Shown: one piece after another, positions 1 to 12,509 of the stretch | Layout: each line of letters opens with the position of its first letter | Position numbering within the stretch: position 1 is the first letter of the stretch | Source of the DNA: Octopus bimaculoides | Taxonomy: Eukaryota | Assembly (NCBI RefSeq): GCF_001194135.2 | Contig: NC_068988.1 | Location: forward strand, 82,199,804 to 82,263,221 | Length of the DNA stretch: 63,418 bases | Direction: 5' to 3' | Program-made: the position numbers and the translations under genes | Notes under the pieces: model-generated | The model's database searches: none | What the model was told of the DNA's origin: nothing | The model's input: the letters and a program-made list of their open reading frames with translations, nothing else

Positions 1-33
<33 letters not shown>

Positions 34-575
34 CATATATATTTATTATTTATATTATTATTTAATTGAACACCACGCATTCATTTCCATGTAAGTTTAC
101 CTTAAACCTTTTTGATGTGACTCTACTTTATACTGTTTTTCTCCCCCATCCTTCTCAAATTCCCTTTTTCTCCCCTTTACCATTCTTTTTCTGTCTCTTG
201 CCCCCCTTTCTCTTTTTCCTCTCTCTCATTGCTCACATGTGACCATCGTCCATCTTCCTTTTCCTCACATGACCATCTTACCTTTCCTGCATGATGTTCT
301 AAGGTCTCAATGTTTTTCTTTCTCTCTCCTTTATCTTTTCTTTTTTCATAGAAAAGATTTTTTCCAGCATTCATTATTTATCCTCTTGTTCTGGTCTAAC
401 GACCCTCCATGTTTGTTTTTGTTCGGTTTCCTTGTATGTCTCCACTGTACTGTTTTTGTTGCCAACTTTGACCCTCCACAAATCCCAAATTTTATTTTGG
501 AATTTATGAGAGCAACTTTCTTCAAAAGACTCATATTGTCATTGAATGCTCGAATTGAGGAGTAGATAGACTGCT

Positions 576-710
576 GACAACTGATGAAGGGATGTTCTCT
601 GAGTTACTTGTCCTGTTTTCCATATTTTTCTCTCATTGTTTGTGTACTTAACTCGTTTGTTTTGTACTTCATGTTGTTTACACAATTGGTGATGTTCTGT
701 ACCCATTTAT
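576..710 (+). mobile_element. Probable Penelope-like pLTR fragment carrying a partial hammerhead motif
   Basis: gacaa-CTGATGA-aggga-tgt-tctct-gagttac-ttgtc followed by a T-rich body. Similar to 31783-31880. Family assignment is inference. Confidence 0.4.
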
Positions 711-712
711 GC

Positions 713-714
<2 letters not shown>

Positions 715-747
<33 letters not shown>

Positions 748-757
748 TATATATATA

Positions 758-812
<55 letters not shown>
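715..812. repeat. (TA)n microsatellite with CA interruptions
   Basis: Direct reading. Confidence 0.95.
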
Positions 813-816
<4 letters not shown>

Positions 817-886
817 TTTATAATTTTTTATATATATGTATTTGTGATGCAATATATGGATTCATAGAATCATTTGATTATCACAG

Positions 887-975
887 AAAGCTCCTCCAGC
901 AGACCCGGCTATCATACCACAAAGCAATCTAAGATGGGGGAATATAATGCAGAGATCTATGCAGCTGAAATTCAG
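887..975 (+). CDS. Weak candidate exon of the host gene
   Basis: Acceptor ttgattatcacag|, donor cag|gtgatc (alternative ga|gtatgt at 1008). Open frames SSSRPGYHTTKQSKMGEYNAEIYAAEIQ or KAPPADPAIIPQSNLRWGNIMQRSMQLKF. No homology recognised. Confidence 0.2.
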
Positions 976-1809
976 GTGATCCAATCAATGGAATTATTTT
1001 GTGAGGAGTATGTAAACAATAAAAATCCATAAGGTATCAGAAGTGAATATATTGATTTAACCACACCACATCCTTAGGATTACAGCCATTTCACACTTTT
1101 CATCATGTAATAATAATTTCAGTGCTTGATAAGTTACTTTACATGTCTACACCAAAATACATGCTATACACTGGACACTACAATTGTACATTTGCGAATC
1201 AATGCAGATAAAGAAACCTAGATCATCAGATCACAAGAACATTGTGGTTACAACACTTCAACTCTGTGTCTGCATACAATATTCTCCTTAACATATACAA
1301 TGTATCGAAGACTGATATTAGATAAAATTAGCTTGATATGGCCATTAAAAAATAAATATAAATAATAAATATATTTTGTGTCATATTAAGTAAAATACTG
1401 GATCCTTAATGTAAACAAAGGACTAGAAAGGGATAGGAGAGGAAGTAAAGTAGTTAAATTAAATAAAATAAGGTTTTTGAAAGAGCTTAAAAATATATAT
1501 AGAAATGTATAATATAATATACATGAATTCAAGAGAGAACAGACAGCTGGAGATGTTAAAATTAAACCAAAAAATAGTTTTGAACAACACTTATTTTCAA
1601 ATAGGGTCAAATGGTCAAATAACCACCATATACATTTTGTCTTAATAAACTGTATTGAAACCAAATAATTGCTATACCTACATAGAGGCACATACATATA
1701 AGCATTAACATGATAAAAAATACTCAACCACACCCACACAGCTGTATATTCATACACCTTTTAACATACATACCACACAGAGATAAACATTAGTATATAC
1801 ACAAACATA

Positions 1810-2701
1810 TGAGGTGGTATCAAAAAGTTCCCAGATTACTTCTGTAGTGCACCAACAGATGACAGCACATGGTTGGGTGTGCAGTGAGTTCTAGCAGTGA
1901 GCTTCATGAGGCAGAGTGTCAAGTGACATTACTGTGTTCACTTCTCAAGTTGCGAAATTTGTGATTTTGTTATCATGTGTAAGTTGTAGTCTATGATTTC
2001 GTCATGGATGGGAAGTTGGAACAAAGAGCCAGCATGAAATTTTGCATCAAACTTGGGAAGTCTGTTACAGAGACAGTGAACATGCTTTGGCAAGCTTACA
2101 GTGACAAGGCAATGGGTCATACACAATGTTTTGAGTGGCATGGGCTCTTCAAAAGTGGAAGAATGATCCTGGAAGTCAATGGGCAATCTGGAAGAACTGC
2201 CATGAGTGTCACCCCAAAAGTGTGGTATTGTGTATCAAGAATTCGTCCCACAAGACCAGAGTTCTACTGCAACGTTTTGAAGCATTTGAGGGAGGACATT
2301 CAGAGAAAGTAACCAGATCTGTTGAGCACAAAGAACTGGATTCTTCCCTGAGCTCTCCTCACTTGTGAGTTTCTCACCAAAATCAACATGGTATCACTTC
2401 CACACCCACCCTATTCACTAGATTTAACCTGCAGACTTCCATCTCTTCCCCAAGATGAAAATGCAGCTCAAAGGTCACCATTTTAACACCATTGTCAAGA
2501 TTCAGAGTGAATTCAAGAAGGTCCTTGATTCACTTACAGGAAATGACTTCCAGGCCAGATTACAAAAGTGACAGGAATGCTGGGACCGATGTATTGCTGT
2601 GCATGGTGACTATTTCAAAGGAGATGATGTTAAAACTTGGGTAAATAAGTTATTTTTTTAATCAAAAATAACTAGTCCAGGAACCTTTTTATACCACCTC
2701 A
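1810..2701 (+). mobile_element. Internally deleted mariner transposon
   Basis: TIRs tgaggtggtatcaaaaagttccc / ggaacctttttataccacctca with TA on both sides. N-terminal HTH (EQRASMKFCIKLGKSVTET...QCFEW...FKSGR) and decayed C-terminus (PHPPYS.DL...FHLFPKMK...LKG..F). Catalytic middle is missing. Confidence 0.92.
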
Positions 2702-2711
2702 TATGTATATG

Positions 2712-3985
2712 CAAGGGTAGATTGAAATGTTCATAGGCTAATTATGAAGGAGTTGTGCTAGAGTTGTGAAATCTTGCATACACTAATTTCAACCCTTCTT
2801 ATTCATAACTGCATTGTTTCATTCCAGATGAATTGACATCTGGCTGTTCAAAGAAGACTTAAAAAGTAACTAGTAGCAACATCTCTTGCAAATAGACAAA
2901 ATTTGTCGATTTTCATGGTGTCATCAAGTACTGGCAGAAAAGGGGTTTAACCCCCACATGGACACTCATGCCAAAATGGTTGATACAATAGGGGATGATG
3001 TTCTAGTTTTATCAACAATGCAAAAGTGGGCAGTTGAATTTATAGGGGAATGGAGAGTCTTGGACGTCTTGCAAGGTCTGGGCGTCCTGCAAGGTCTGGG
3101 CGTCCTGCAACTGCCACCAAAGGGGAAAACACTGATTGTTCAACATATGGTGATGGATGATCAGTAATTGACTACAAATCAAATAGCCAATACTATTAGC
3201 ATATCCCATGAAATAGTTGAGAACATTCTATTCAATAAATTTGATATGATGAAGGTTCGTGTGTGGTGGCAAGCACATCTTCTGACACCTGATCAAAAGT
3301 GCACCAGGATGATTGCACCACAGGAAAATCTGGTTTCTTTAAACATTTTCTAACCCAAGATGAATGTTGGGGTCATCACCTTGAGCCAGAGACAAAGTGA
3401 CAATCCATGCAGTGGAAACACCCTCCATCACCTGCTCCAAAGAATGCCAAAGGGAAGGTGATGGACTCAGATGTTGGGGATGCAAAAGGCATTGTGTTTA
3501 TTGACTATTTTCAAAAGGGTCACATGATCAATGGAGAGTACTATGCCAACTTACTGAGGCAGTTACAAAAGGCTGTCAAGATCAAACACCCAGGAAAACT
3601 GACGAAAAGGGTCTTGTTTCATGAGGACAATGCTCCGGCACACAAGTCCTTGGTTTCGATAGCTGCTGTGTAAGACTGTGGCTTTGAACTGATTGATCAC
3701 CCTCCCTATTCCCCTGATTTGACCCCATCTGACTATCATCTGTTCCTCAACATAAAAAAAATCTTGGCTAGGAACCAGTAGTGTAGTGGTGATGATGTCA
3801 TCTCTGCTGTTGATGACTTTTTTGATGAACAGGATGAAGGCTTCTTCACAAACAGGATTCAAGCACTACAACACCAACGGAAGGAGTGTGTGAACCACAA
3901 GAGTACTATGTTGAAAAATAAATCTCATTTGGTCACATTCCATGAGAGTATCTTGGTTGCCTATGAAATTTTCAACTGACACCCA
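2712..3985 (+). mobile_element. Near full-length decayed mariner (irritans/Himar-like, D,D34D)
   Basis: WKHPPSPAPK, DAKGIVFIDY, HEDNAPAHKS, HPPYSPDLTPSDYHLF motifs with frameshifts and stops. About 1.27 kb with imperfect TIRs (...ttgaaatgttcataggct / ...cctatgaaattttcaactgacaccca-TA). Confidence 0.92.
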
Positions 3986-4229
3986 TACACACACACACGC
4001 ACACACTCACACACATATAAGAATGAGCACATATATACAATTAAATATATATGCAGAAACCCATACATAATGCTCTTATATAAATATAAATATAAATATA
4101 AATAAATAAATATATTCTTGGGAATAAAAAAATGATGGGTTTTTTTTTTTTCCCTTATGAATTTTTTCACGCTAGCTTCTTGATAAAATTCTTGTAAAAG
4201 ATTTTATCCTATTATTGAATTAAAGAAAC

Positions 4230-4740
4230 CCATACATACATATACACAATATAAATATAAATACACACACATATAAATGTACAAATAGGAATACAGACAC
4301 ATTTATACCTATAGACACATATACATACCTATAGGATATATATATACACATATACAATGTATATATGTATACATATCCTATACACACACACACACATGCA
4401 TCACTTTATAGATACACGCTTATATATACATAGTAGATAAGCACAATCAGCTGCACACACATCCATATATACAAGTATGCATATATATATAAATATATAT
4501 CTGTATACAGCTATATACACAACATATAAATACACACACACACACAAATATAGATATATACCTACATATATGTGTATATGCATATATACATACATCATAG
4601 AATAAAGGCATAAATATGCACACATATATACACATAGGCATACACAGGTTCAAATATATACATGTATATATAAATATCTTAATAATATAACAAGTATGTA
4701 TATAGATTCATATATAAGCATATGGATATAAATGCTATAA
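4230..4740. repeat. Degenerate (TA/CA)-rich low-complexity tract
   Basis: Direct reading. Confidence 0.8.
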
Positions 4741-5019
4741 CGTAAACACTTAGCAGATTTGCTGAATTGTGTATATTAATAAAAACGAAATAATATCCAA
4801 GATAGATCCAAACAGGAGTGCGTAGAAGTCTTAAAGTGTAGAATTACAAAATCATACAGTCATCATAGGTAAGAAATTACAATAATCTGAAAAAAGAAAG
4901 GTTTAATCATTAAATATAATAGATTGAAATGTTATATGTCAACAGGTGAAAAGTAGTTTACAAATAGCATAACGTCTAAACATGGTCGAATACATTATCT
5001 ATTACTAAGGTAAGACATC

Positions 5020-5500
5020 TGGCCATTTGGTCAACAAAGAGTATACTTTGTGGAGGTTTTGAGGGAGTTCAAGAAGTGATTTCATTGCAAAAGGCCAGAG
5101 CTCTTCTACTAAGGCCAGTGGCACCTGCACCAGGACAATGCACCAGACTACAATTCTTATCCTGGTTATCAACTTAATGATAGGAATGGGCATCAAAACT
5201 GTCCCTCACTCTCCCTACAGTCCAGTATTTGCTCTCTGTGACTTTTGGCTGGCTGTCCCTCAAGCTGAGAGAGAACCTCAAGGACAGTTGTTTCGATGAC
5301 ATTAAGAACATGAATGAGGTTATGGCAAAGGTTCTGGACACCTAAACTTTAGAGGACTTCCATGAGATCTTCACGAAGTGGCTGAAATGCTACAAGGCCA
5401 TTGAAGTCAAGGAATCTTACGCTGAAGGAGATCAGATACATCTTTGAATTTAATAAATACCTTGGTTAAGAAAAGGCTTAAAATTTTTGGAGTACACCTA
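5020..5500 (+). mobile_element. Mariner 3' fragment (decayed)
   Basis: Translation across frameshifts gives VNKEY..EVLREFKK...QWHLHQDNAP...MGIKTVPHSPYSP..A.CDFW..PKL. Confidence 0.85.
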
Positions 5501-5554
5501 ATAGAGACAGATAGCTAGATAGATAGATACACATACATACCTATATAGATATAG

Positions 5555-5635
<81 letters not shown>

Positions 5636-5765
5636 AGTGTGTGTGTAGATATATATATAATATGTATATGTATATACATATACATATATATATATGGGTA
5701 GTATATGAAGGTTGTAGGTATTGTTATTGTTTATGAACTCTGCCAAATGCAAGCTTTCTTTTCAG

Positions 5766-5776
5766 GTTCACGACAC
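5766..5776 (+). other. Candidate exon start running into an assembly gap
   Basis: Strong acceptor aagctttcttttcag| then gttcacgacac, followed by a 100-N gap (5777-5876). Confidence 0.3.
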
Positions 5777-5983
5777 NNNNNNNNNNNNNNNNNNNNNNNN
5801 NNNNNNNNNNNNNNNNNNNNNNNNNNNNNNNNNNNNNNNNNNNNNNNNNNNNNNNNNNNNNNNNNNNNNNNNNNNNTATATATATATATATATATATACA
5901 TATAGATAGATAAATAGATACATACATAAATATATATATATATATGTAGATATATACATTTATAAATACATACACACACACAC

Positions 5984-6031
<48 letters not shown>

Positions 6032-6877
6032 TAGGACAGCCGTATCTCATCCTTAATATCTTTTCATACCATTGAAAGCACCCCTTTTGTCCCCCATTCA
6101 CTATAGTCACCCTTATGTACCTCTGGCCACCACCACTGTCACTGTGCTTCTCTCTCTCTTCTCCACCATTTTCCCACCCCACACATCATCTACATATTTT
6201 CTGATCTACTTTCAGTTTTGCTATACTCCTCCCTTTCTGCAATGTCAATTAAAAACCTCCTCCTTCTTGAGCTATTCCTATTCATTTCCCCTTCCCTGCT
6301 GCCATTCTGATATTTGCTGTCAACCACACTTTCACCCTTGTTCTGTTCACTTCATTCACCTCTAGAGCCATCTTTAACCTTCTGTCACTCCCCTCACACA
6401 TTCTGATGGCCTTATCCAACCACTATTTCCCAATTCTTTGTATTCTCTTTTATCATATTCCCCTTCTTGTATTTTGAAAGTATACTTTGACACTTCATCA
6501 CCATCGCAATTGACTTCTTTCCAGTTACACTCCTATGGGATAGCCATGTATCTTCTCTATAGCAAGATATGTGTGTCAATCCCTTTATCATACTTTTAGT
6601 CCATCAACACTTGTGATAAGGCCACCTCTTTCTCTCTACTACATCCCCACTCAGATAAAGGTGTTATTTCTTTGCTTTGTAAATTACTTGATGAACTCAC
6701 TAATGCCAGTGCCATGGGGAAAAAAACCACTCAGTGAACTCTCTAAGGTAGTCAGTGTTAAGAGGGGATCAAGATGTATAAACCATGCCAAAGTAGTCAC
6801 TGGAGCTTGGTTATAGTCCTCAAATCATTCCACTAATGCCAGTATGGAAAATTGATGTTCAGTGGTGGTGCTGGTGG

Positions 6878-6879
6878 TG

Positions 6880-6944
<65 letters not shown>

Positions 6945-6945
6945 A
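6878..6945. repeat. (GAT)n microsatellite
   Basis: Direct reading. Confidence 0.95.
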
Positions 6946-7357
6946 TCTTTTATGAACTTATAAATTTACAATTTTTTTTCATCATATTTTTATCTCACAC
7001 TTTAAAAATATTTTGCTATCAGATAATTTTTCTTTAATCATCTCTATTGTTTTTCTTTTTTTTTACTTAATATCTATTCAGGTTTTTATATCATTTGTAT
7101 CATCTTTGTCGATTCATCGATTATTTTCACTTATTCTTCATCTATCATCCATTCATCTCAATTTATTGTTGCGTCGCTCAAATGCAATTTATATCATTCT
7201 TCCATGTTTTCTTTTAATAAGTATTAATCTTCGCAGGTTTTAGCTATTCATTGAGCATTTGTCCAAATAAGAGAATGTTGTTTGTAGATGTGATGAGTGT
7301 ATTACTATTTTAATCTTTAATTCAGGAGGAAGCAATAGTGCCTATGACCCTTTACAG

Positions 7358-7470
7358 GGCCTCTGAGACAAGTGGGATGGGGGGAAAAGGGGGACGATAT
7401 CCTCAAACCAGAGATCTGGCTTGAATGCTTGCAACAAAGTGGACTCAGTGAAAAGCATCCAATGTATCAG
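7358..7470 (+). CDS. Candidate coding exon of an unidentified host gene
   Basis: Acceptor cctatgaccctttacag|, donor CAG|gtaaag. Open frame (x)PLRQVGWGEKGDDILKPEIWLECLQQSGLSEKHPMYQ with in-frame stops immediately upstream. Phase 1 to 0. Confidence 0.6.
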
Positions 7471-7759
7471 GTAAAGGTGTTAAAACAGGCAAGGAATTAA
7501 CTCTTTAACATTTAAAATAGCCATATTTAACCAAAATAATTTACCTATTTTATCTTCAGACCAGCCAGATCTGACCTTTCACATTTATCCTACAATATTA
7601 TTCTAAAAATTAACAATCACATCATTGAAATATCGAAGTTATGACTAATGCATGATTAATTCAAATCAATATAATAAATAAGTATTACATAAATAAGTAT
7701 GCCAAAGTCAAATAACCGGCCCGTTTAAAAGCATCCTTCAGTCGTTGGCCAATATGCCA

Positions 7760-7985
7760 TGCTTGTGAAGACCTGTTGAACCAAGTGAAATCATATTCGT
7801 GGCTGATGCCAGTGCCACCTGACTGGCTTCCATACTGGTGACACATAAAAAGCACCCACAACACTCTCAGAGTGGTTGACATTAGGAAGGGCATCCAGCT
7901 GTAGAAACCTTGCCGAATCAGATTCCAGCCTGGTGCAGCCTCCCAGCCTGCCAGTTCTCAGTCAAACTGTCCAACCCATGCCAGC
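7760..7985 (+). mobile_element. RTE-type LINE 3' UTR fragment
   Basis: Matches the 3' end of the RT-bearing copy at 9186-10639 (aagggcatccagctgtagaaac...aactgtccaacccatgccagc). Runs into a gap. Confidence 0.8.
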
Positions 7986-8894
7986 NNNNNNNNNNNNNNN
8001 NNNNNNNNNNNNNNNNNNNNNNNNNNNNNNNNNNNNNNNNNNNNNNNNNNNNNNNNNNNNNNNNNNNNNNNNNNNNNNNNNNNNNNNNNNNNNNNNNNNN
8101 NNNNNNNNNNNNNNNNNNNNNNNNNNNNNNNNNNNNNNNNNNNNNNNNNNNNNNNNNNNNNNNNNNNNNNNNNNNNNNNNNNNNNNNNNNNNNNNNNNNN
8201 NNNNNNNNNNNNNNNNNNNNNNNNNNNNNNNNNNNNNNNNNNNNNNNNNNNNNNNNNNNNNNNNNNNNNNNNNNNNNNNNNNNNNNNNNNNNNNNNNNNN
8301 NNNNNNNNNNNNNNNNNNNNNNNNNNNNNNNNNNNNNNNNNNNNNNNNNNNNNNNNNNNNNNNNNNNNNNNNNNNNNNNNNNNNNNNNNNNNNNNNNNNN
8401 NNNNNNNNNNNNNNNNNNNNNNNNNNNNNNNNNNNNNNNNNNNNNNNNNNNNNNNNNNNNNNNNNNNNNNNNNNNNNNNNNNNNNNNNNNNNNNNNNNNN
8501 NNNNNNNNNNNNNNNNNNNNNNNNNNNNNNNNNNNNNNNNNNNNNNNNNNNNNNNNNNNNNNNNNNNNNNNNNNNNNNNNNNNNNNNNNNNNNNNNNNNN
8601 NNNNNNNNNNNNNNNNNNNNNNNNNNNNNNNNNNNNNNNNNNNNNNNNNNNNNNNNNNNNNNNNNNNNNNNNNNNNNNNNNNNNNNNNNNNNNNNNNNNN
8701 NNNNNNNNNNNNNNNNNNNNNNNNNNNNNNNNNNNNNNNNNNNNNNNNNNNNNNNNNNNNNNNATAATTATTTATCAAATAAAGATTTTATTTATCTATT
8801 TGTAAATAAAATTTATAAATTTACAAATCAAATTAAAATTTGAAACTCTGAGTTTTAAAATGATTAATAATAAGTAATGGATTCTTTTATAAGA

Positions 8895-9185
8895 AATGAT
8901 GATATATATAATATATAATCTACAAGAGGGGATTATATTTAATATCATTTACAAGAGAGGGTTATATATATGATCCAAAATAGTGAGTTATACAAAATAC
9001 AGTCTACAAGAGGTGTTATGTATAATATATTCTAAAAGTGAGAGTTTTATATAATAGACTCTACACAAAGGGGTTATATATAATATAATCTACAATAGGG
9101 GTATTATATATAATGTGATGTACAAGAGGGGTGTTATATATAATGTAAAAGAAAGGAAAAAATATAATATAATCTACACAAGGGG
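8895..9185. repeat. About 28-30 bp minisatellite (aatctacaagaggggttatatataatat), left part
   Basis: Repeated tctacaagagg/ttatata units; array resumes at 10640. Confidence 0.85.
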
Positions 9186-10639
9186 ATAAATGAGTGGTTG
9201 GTGAGAGCTGGACAAGCCATATACAGGGATGCTGTCAGTAAGGCGAAGGTTAGCAACAAGTATAGTGATGAATTCAGTGTACAATTAGGGGGTTCACCAA
9301 GGATCAGGCCTCAGCTCCCTCTGGTTCATCATAGTCCTTCAGGCAATAACAGAGGAATTTAAGTCAGGCAACCCTTGGGAGCTTCTGTATGCAGATGATC
9401 TTGTTCTTATAGCTGAAGAACTAGAGAAAAAGGGCCTTAGTCAATTTAGCAAAAACTAAAAAACTAAAAGTAGGAAAGCAGACAAATCACAGACCCCTTC
9501 AGATAGATGGCCCAGCTCAATATATAGAAAAGGCATTGGTAGAAACTCCATAAAATGTACCAATAAGAGGTGCAGCAATATCAGAGGAAGGTTTGTGTGT
9601 GGCAGATGTACAGGTACGATAAACACTAGAAATGTACAGAAAATGGATTCCAAGAAATGCCAATGGGGATACCTAGAAGTAGCTGATAACTTCCATTATC
9701 TAGGTGACCAAGTCAGCAGTGGAGGGGAATGCACAGGGAGCATAGCTGCCAGAATAGGAATAGGCTGGGCAAAGTTCAGAGAGTTTCTACCTTTGTTGAT
9801 AACAAAGGGCTTCTCCCTCAGAATGACTGTATGATGCCTGTGTGTGAACAGCCATGCTTCATGGCAGTGAAACTTAGGCTGTGACCACAAAGGACAGGCA
9901 AAAGCCTGTAGGAAATGAAGCTAGTATGCTTGCTGGATGTGCAATGTTAGTGTGCATATTTGACAGAGCATAAGTGTCTTGAAGGAAAAACTGGGCATAA
10001 AAGGCATCAGATGTGGTGCGCAAGAGAGACAACTACACTGGTATAGTCATGTGATGTGTATGGACAAGGACAGCTGTGTAAAGAAATGCTGATTTCTAAC
10101 TGTGGAGGGAATGTGTGGAAGAGGTAGACCCAGGAAGACATGGGACAAGGTAGTGAAGCATGATCTTCAAATGTTGGCCTCACAGAGGTGATGACAAGTG
10201 ACCAAGTCTTTCGGTGATATGCTGTACTTGAGAGGACTTGTCAAGCCAAGTGCAATCACCATTGAAGGTGTCCTGCAAATGGCACTCATGAAATCATAAT
10301 TGTGACCGTTGCCAGTAGCATGGTCTTCAAATGGTGGGCATCATGGAGGTGATGACAAAAGACTGAGACAGATTGCAATATGTTGTGCTGGGAAGACTCA
10401 TTAAGCCAAGTGAAATCATAGTCATGGCTGTTGCTGATGTCATGTAAATGGCACCCATGCTAATGGCATGTAAAAAGCACCCATTACACTCTTGGAGTGG
10501 TTGGTGTTAGAAAGTGCATCCAGCCATAGAAACCAAGCCAAATCAGATTGGAAACTGGTGCAGGTCTGCAGCTTTCCAGCTCCAGTCAAACCGTTTAACC
10601 CATGCCAGCATGGAAAGCAGACATTAAATGATGATGATG
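9186..10639 (+). mobile_element. 5'-truncated RTE-clade LINE (RT C-half plus 3' UTR) with a 15-bp TSD
   Basis: EWLVRA...GVHQGS.LS.L.FIIVLQAITEEFK.G.PWELLYADDLVLIAE, FHYLGDQVSSGG. Ends in (GAT)n. TSD aatctacacaagggg at 9171-9185 and 10640-10654. Confidence 0.93.
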
Positions 10640-10975
10640 AATCTACACAAGGGGTGGTTATATATGATATAATATACAACAGGGGGAAAATATATAATAT
10701 AATGTCCAAGAAAGGGTTTTACATTATAATCTACAAGAGGGAGTTCTACAACATGATCTATAGGAGGGGGTCATATATTATATAATCTACAAGAGCTGGT
10801 TATATGCTTATAATATGGTCTACAATTGAGTGTTATATATAATATAATCTACATGAGGCAGTTTTACATATAAATAAAATAGTCTACAATGGGGAGTCAT
10901 ATATATAATATGGTCTACAATGGGATGTTATGCATAATAATCTACAAGAGGCAATTATATATGATATAATCTTCA
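10640..10975. repeat. Same minisatellite, right part
   Basis: Repeated aatctacaagagg...ttatata units. Confidence 0.85.
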
Positions 10976-11134
10976 AGATTATTCTCCTCAAAATGTAATC
11001 TTTAAACCAAGACTTTTAGTCATTAAAATGCATGCTGACTTATCCTGTTGGTAATTATCTATAATGTTTCTGTAGAGTTGTTGTAGTTTAGACCCAAGGA
11101 GATGATAATTTATTTTCCTGTTTAACACCAACAG

Positions 11135-11243
11135 CTGACGCTTAGGGTACTTTGACAGAATCCCCTTCTTGCAAACATTCAGTCTATGTGTCCAGTCTAA
11201 GGATAACTTCCTCCTTGCCTTCCATTTTGAAAGCCCTAAAAAG
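11135..11243 (+). CDS. Candidate coding exon, 109 nt (1 nt out of frame as assembled)
   Basis: Acceptor ttattttcctgtttaacaccaacag|, donor AAG|gtgaga. Reads LTLRVL in one frame and DRIPFLQTFSLCVQSKDNFLLAFHFESPKK in the +1 frame. Confidence 0.5.
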
Positions 11244-11699
11244 GTGAGACAGTTTTTTCCTCTAACTGGGCCTTATTTTTTCTTCTTTGTTTTGTTTTGT
11301 TTTTTAATTAGAAAAAGTAAACTCACATTTACCAGCCCTATTTTACCATGGACTCTTGATTTCTACTGTATCTGTTTAAAGATGGTAGATTATGCTTTGG
11401 TGGAGATATTAGTTGCTATTTCTAGAAGGTTGAAATATGATGTGAGAGAGAATTTCTCATTGGTTCAGACATTACACAGTAACAACAGCTGACTATTTTA
11501 TATTGAAATGTAGTAACTGTATATTGAACAAGTATTTTTGCAGGCTGTTATGTTAAGTTCAGGTCCTTCTACCCCACCCACCCCATCCTTTCTCTTGGGC
11601 CTGGAATATGTAAAATCTTCTTTGTTTTCTCTCAGGGGAAATCAGTAGGAATAACCATAAATAGAATCATTTCTCTCCTCTAATGGTATAGAACAAGAA

Positions 11700-11722
11700 A
11701 CAGCAGCAGCAGCAGTAGTAGC

Positions 11723-11769
<47 letters not shown>

Positions 11770-11800
11770 AAGCAGCAATAGTAGTAGTAGAAGCAATAGC
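11700..11800. repeat. (CAG)/(TAG)n microsatellite
   Basis: Direct reading. Confidence 0.95.
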
Positions 11801-11819
11801 AACATATATAAGCCAACAA

Positions 11820-12010
11820 AGGGAGCCTCTAGACAGTTGCTCAACCAGCTAGAAAGTGCAATCCAGTCTCCCTCACAGCATACACCACCATCTTGTAAAC
11901 AAGAAGGGACACACAAAGTAGATAATGTAGTCATGGTCCTGAATACCTGTCATGGTTGGAACACTTTTGATCATAGATTGGCTAAATCAGAGCTGCCTTG
12001 GAGTTGAACA
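11820..12010 (+). mobile_element. Old dispersed repeat (SINE/LINE tail family), also near 46780-46860, 50500-50590 and 50810-51240
   Basis: Shared ctagaaa(t)ag...ctccctca...acacc...gataatgtagtc...gatcataga...atcagggctg motifs among the copies. Confidence 0.55.
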
Positions 12011-12229
12011 GTAATATACTTTTTCACATAATAGCTTGGACACATGACATCATTATCATCATCATCATCATCATCATCATCAACAACTGCACTTGAAAAC
12101 ACTGTTTTATCTTTGGTGAACATCAGAAAAGCTTCAACTCCATCCTCAGTTCCCTCTGTTTTAACAGTGACAATGTTAAACTGTTCTACATAATATAGCT
12201 ATAGATTCTTATTAATATTATGTGCATAC

Positions 12230-12307
<78 letters not shown>

Positions 12308-12459
12308 ATATATAAAAACAGACAGACAGATAGAGATAGCTAGCTAGATAGACAGACAGACAGACAGACAGACGAATAGATAAACAGAGACTGACAGACA
12401 GACAGAAAGAGACAAATGTAAACACCATTTCTGTATATTCAATATCTTAATGGATATGG

Positions 12460-12509
12460 CTCAACTATATATGCTTCAACCTTACGTTGGGATTTCATCA
12501 GCTAGTGAG
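12460..12509 (-). ncRNA. Degenerate type I hammerhead-like motif
   Basis: Minus strand: ctcactag-CTGATGA-aatc[ccaacgtaa]ggtt-GAAG-catata-tagttgag. Stem II and imperfect stem I present; GAAA changed to GAAG. Confidence 0.4.

Noticed and set aside
7876-8805. Long ORFs here and at 21185-21899, 30694-31604, 45833-46315, 47981-48418, 53627-54273, 60337-61217
   Set aside because: They are open only because they run through N-gaps (poly-X).
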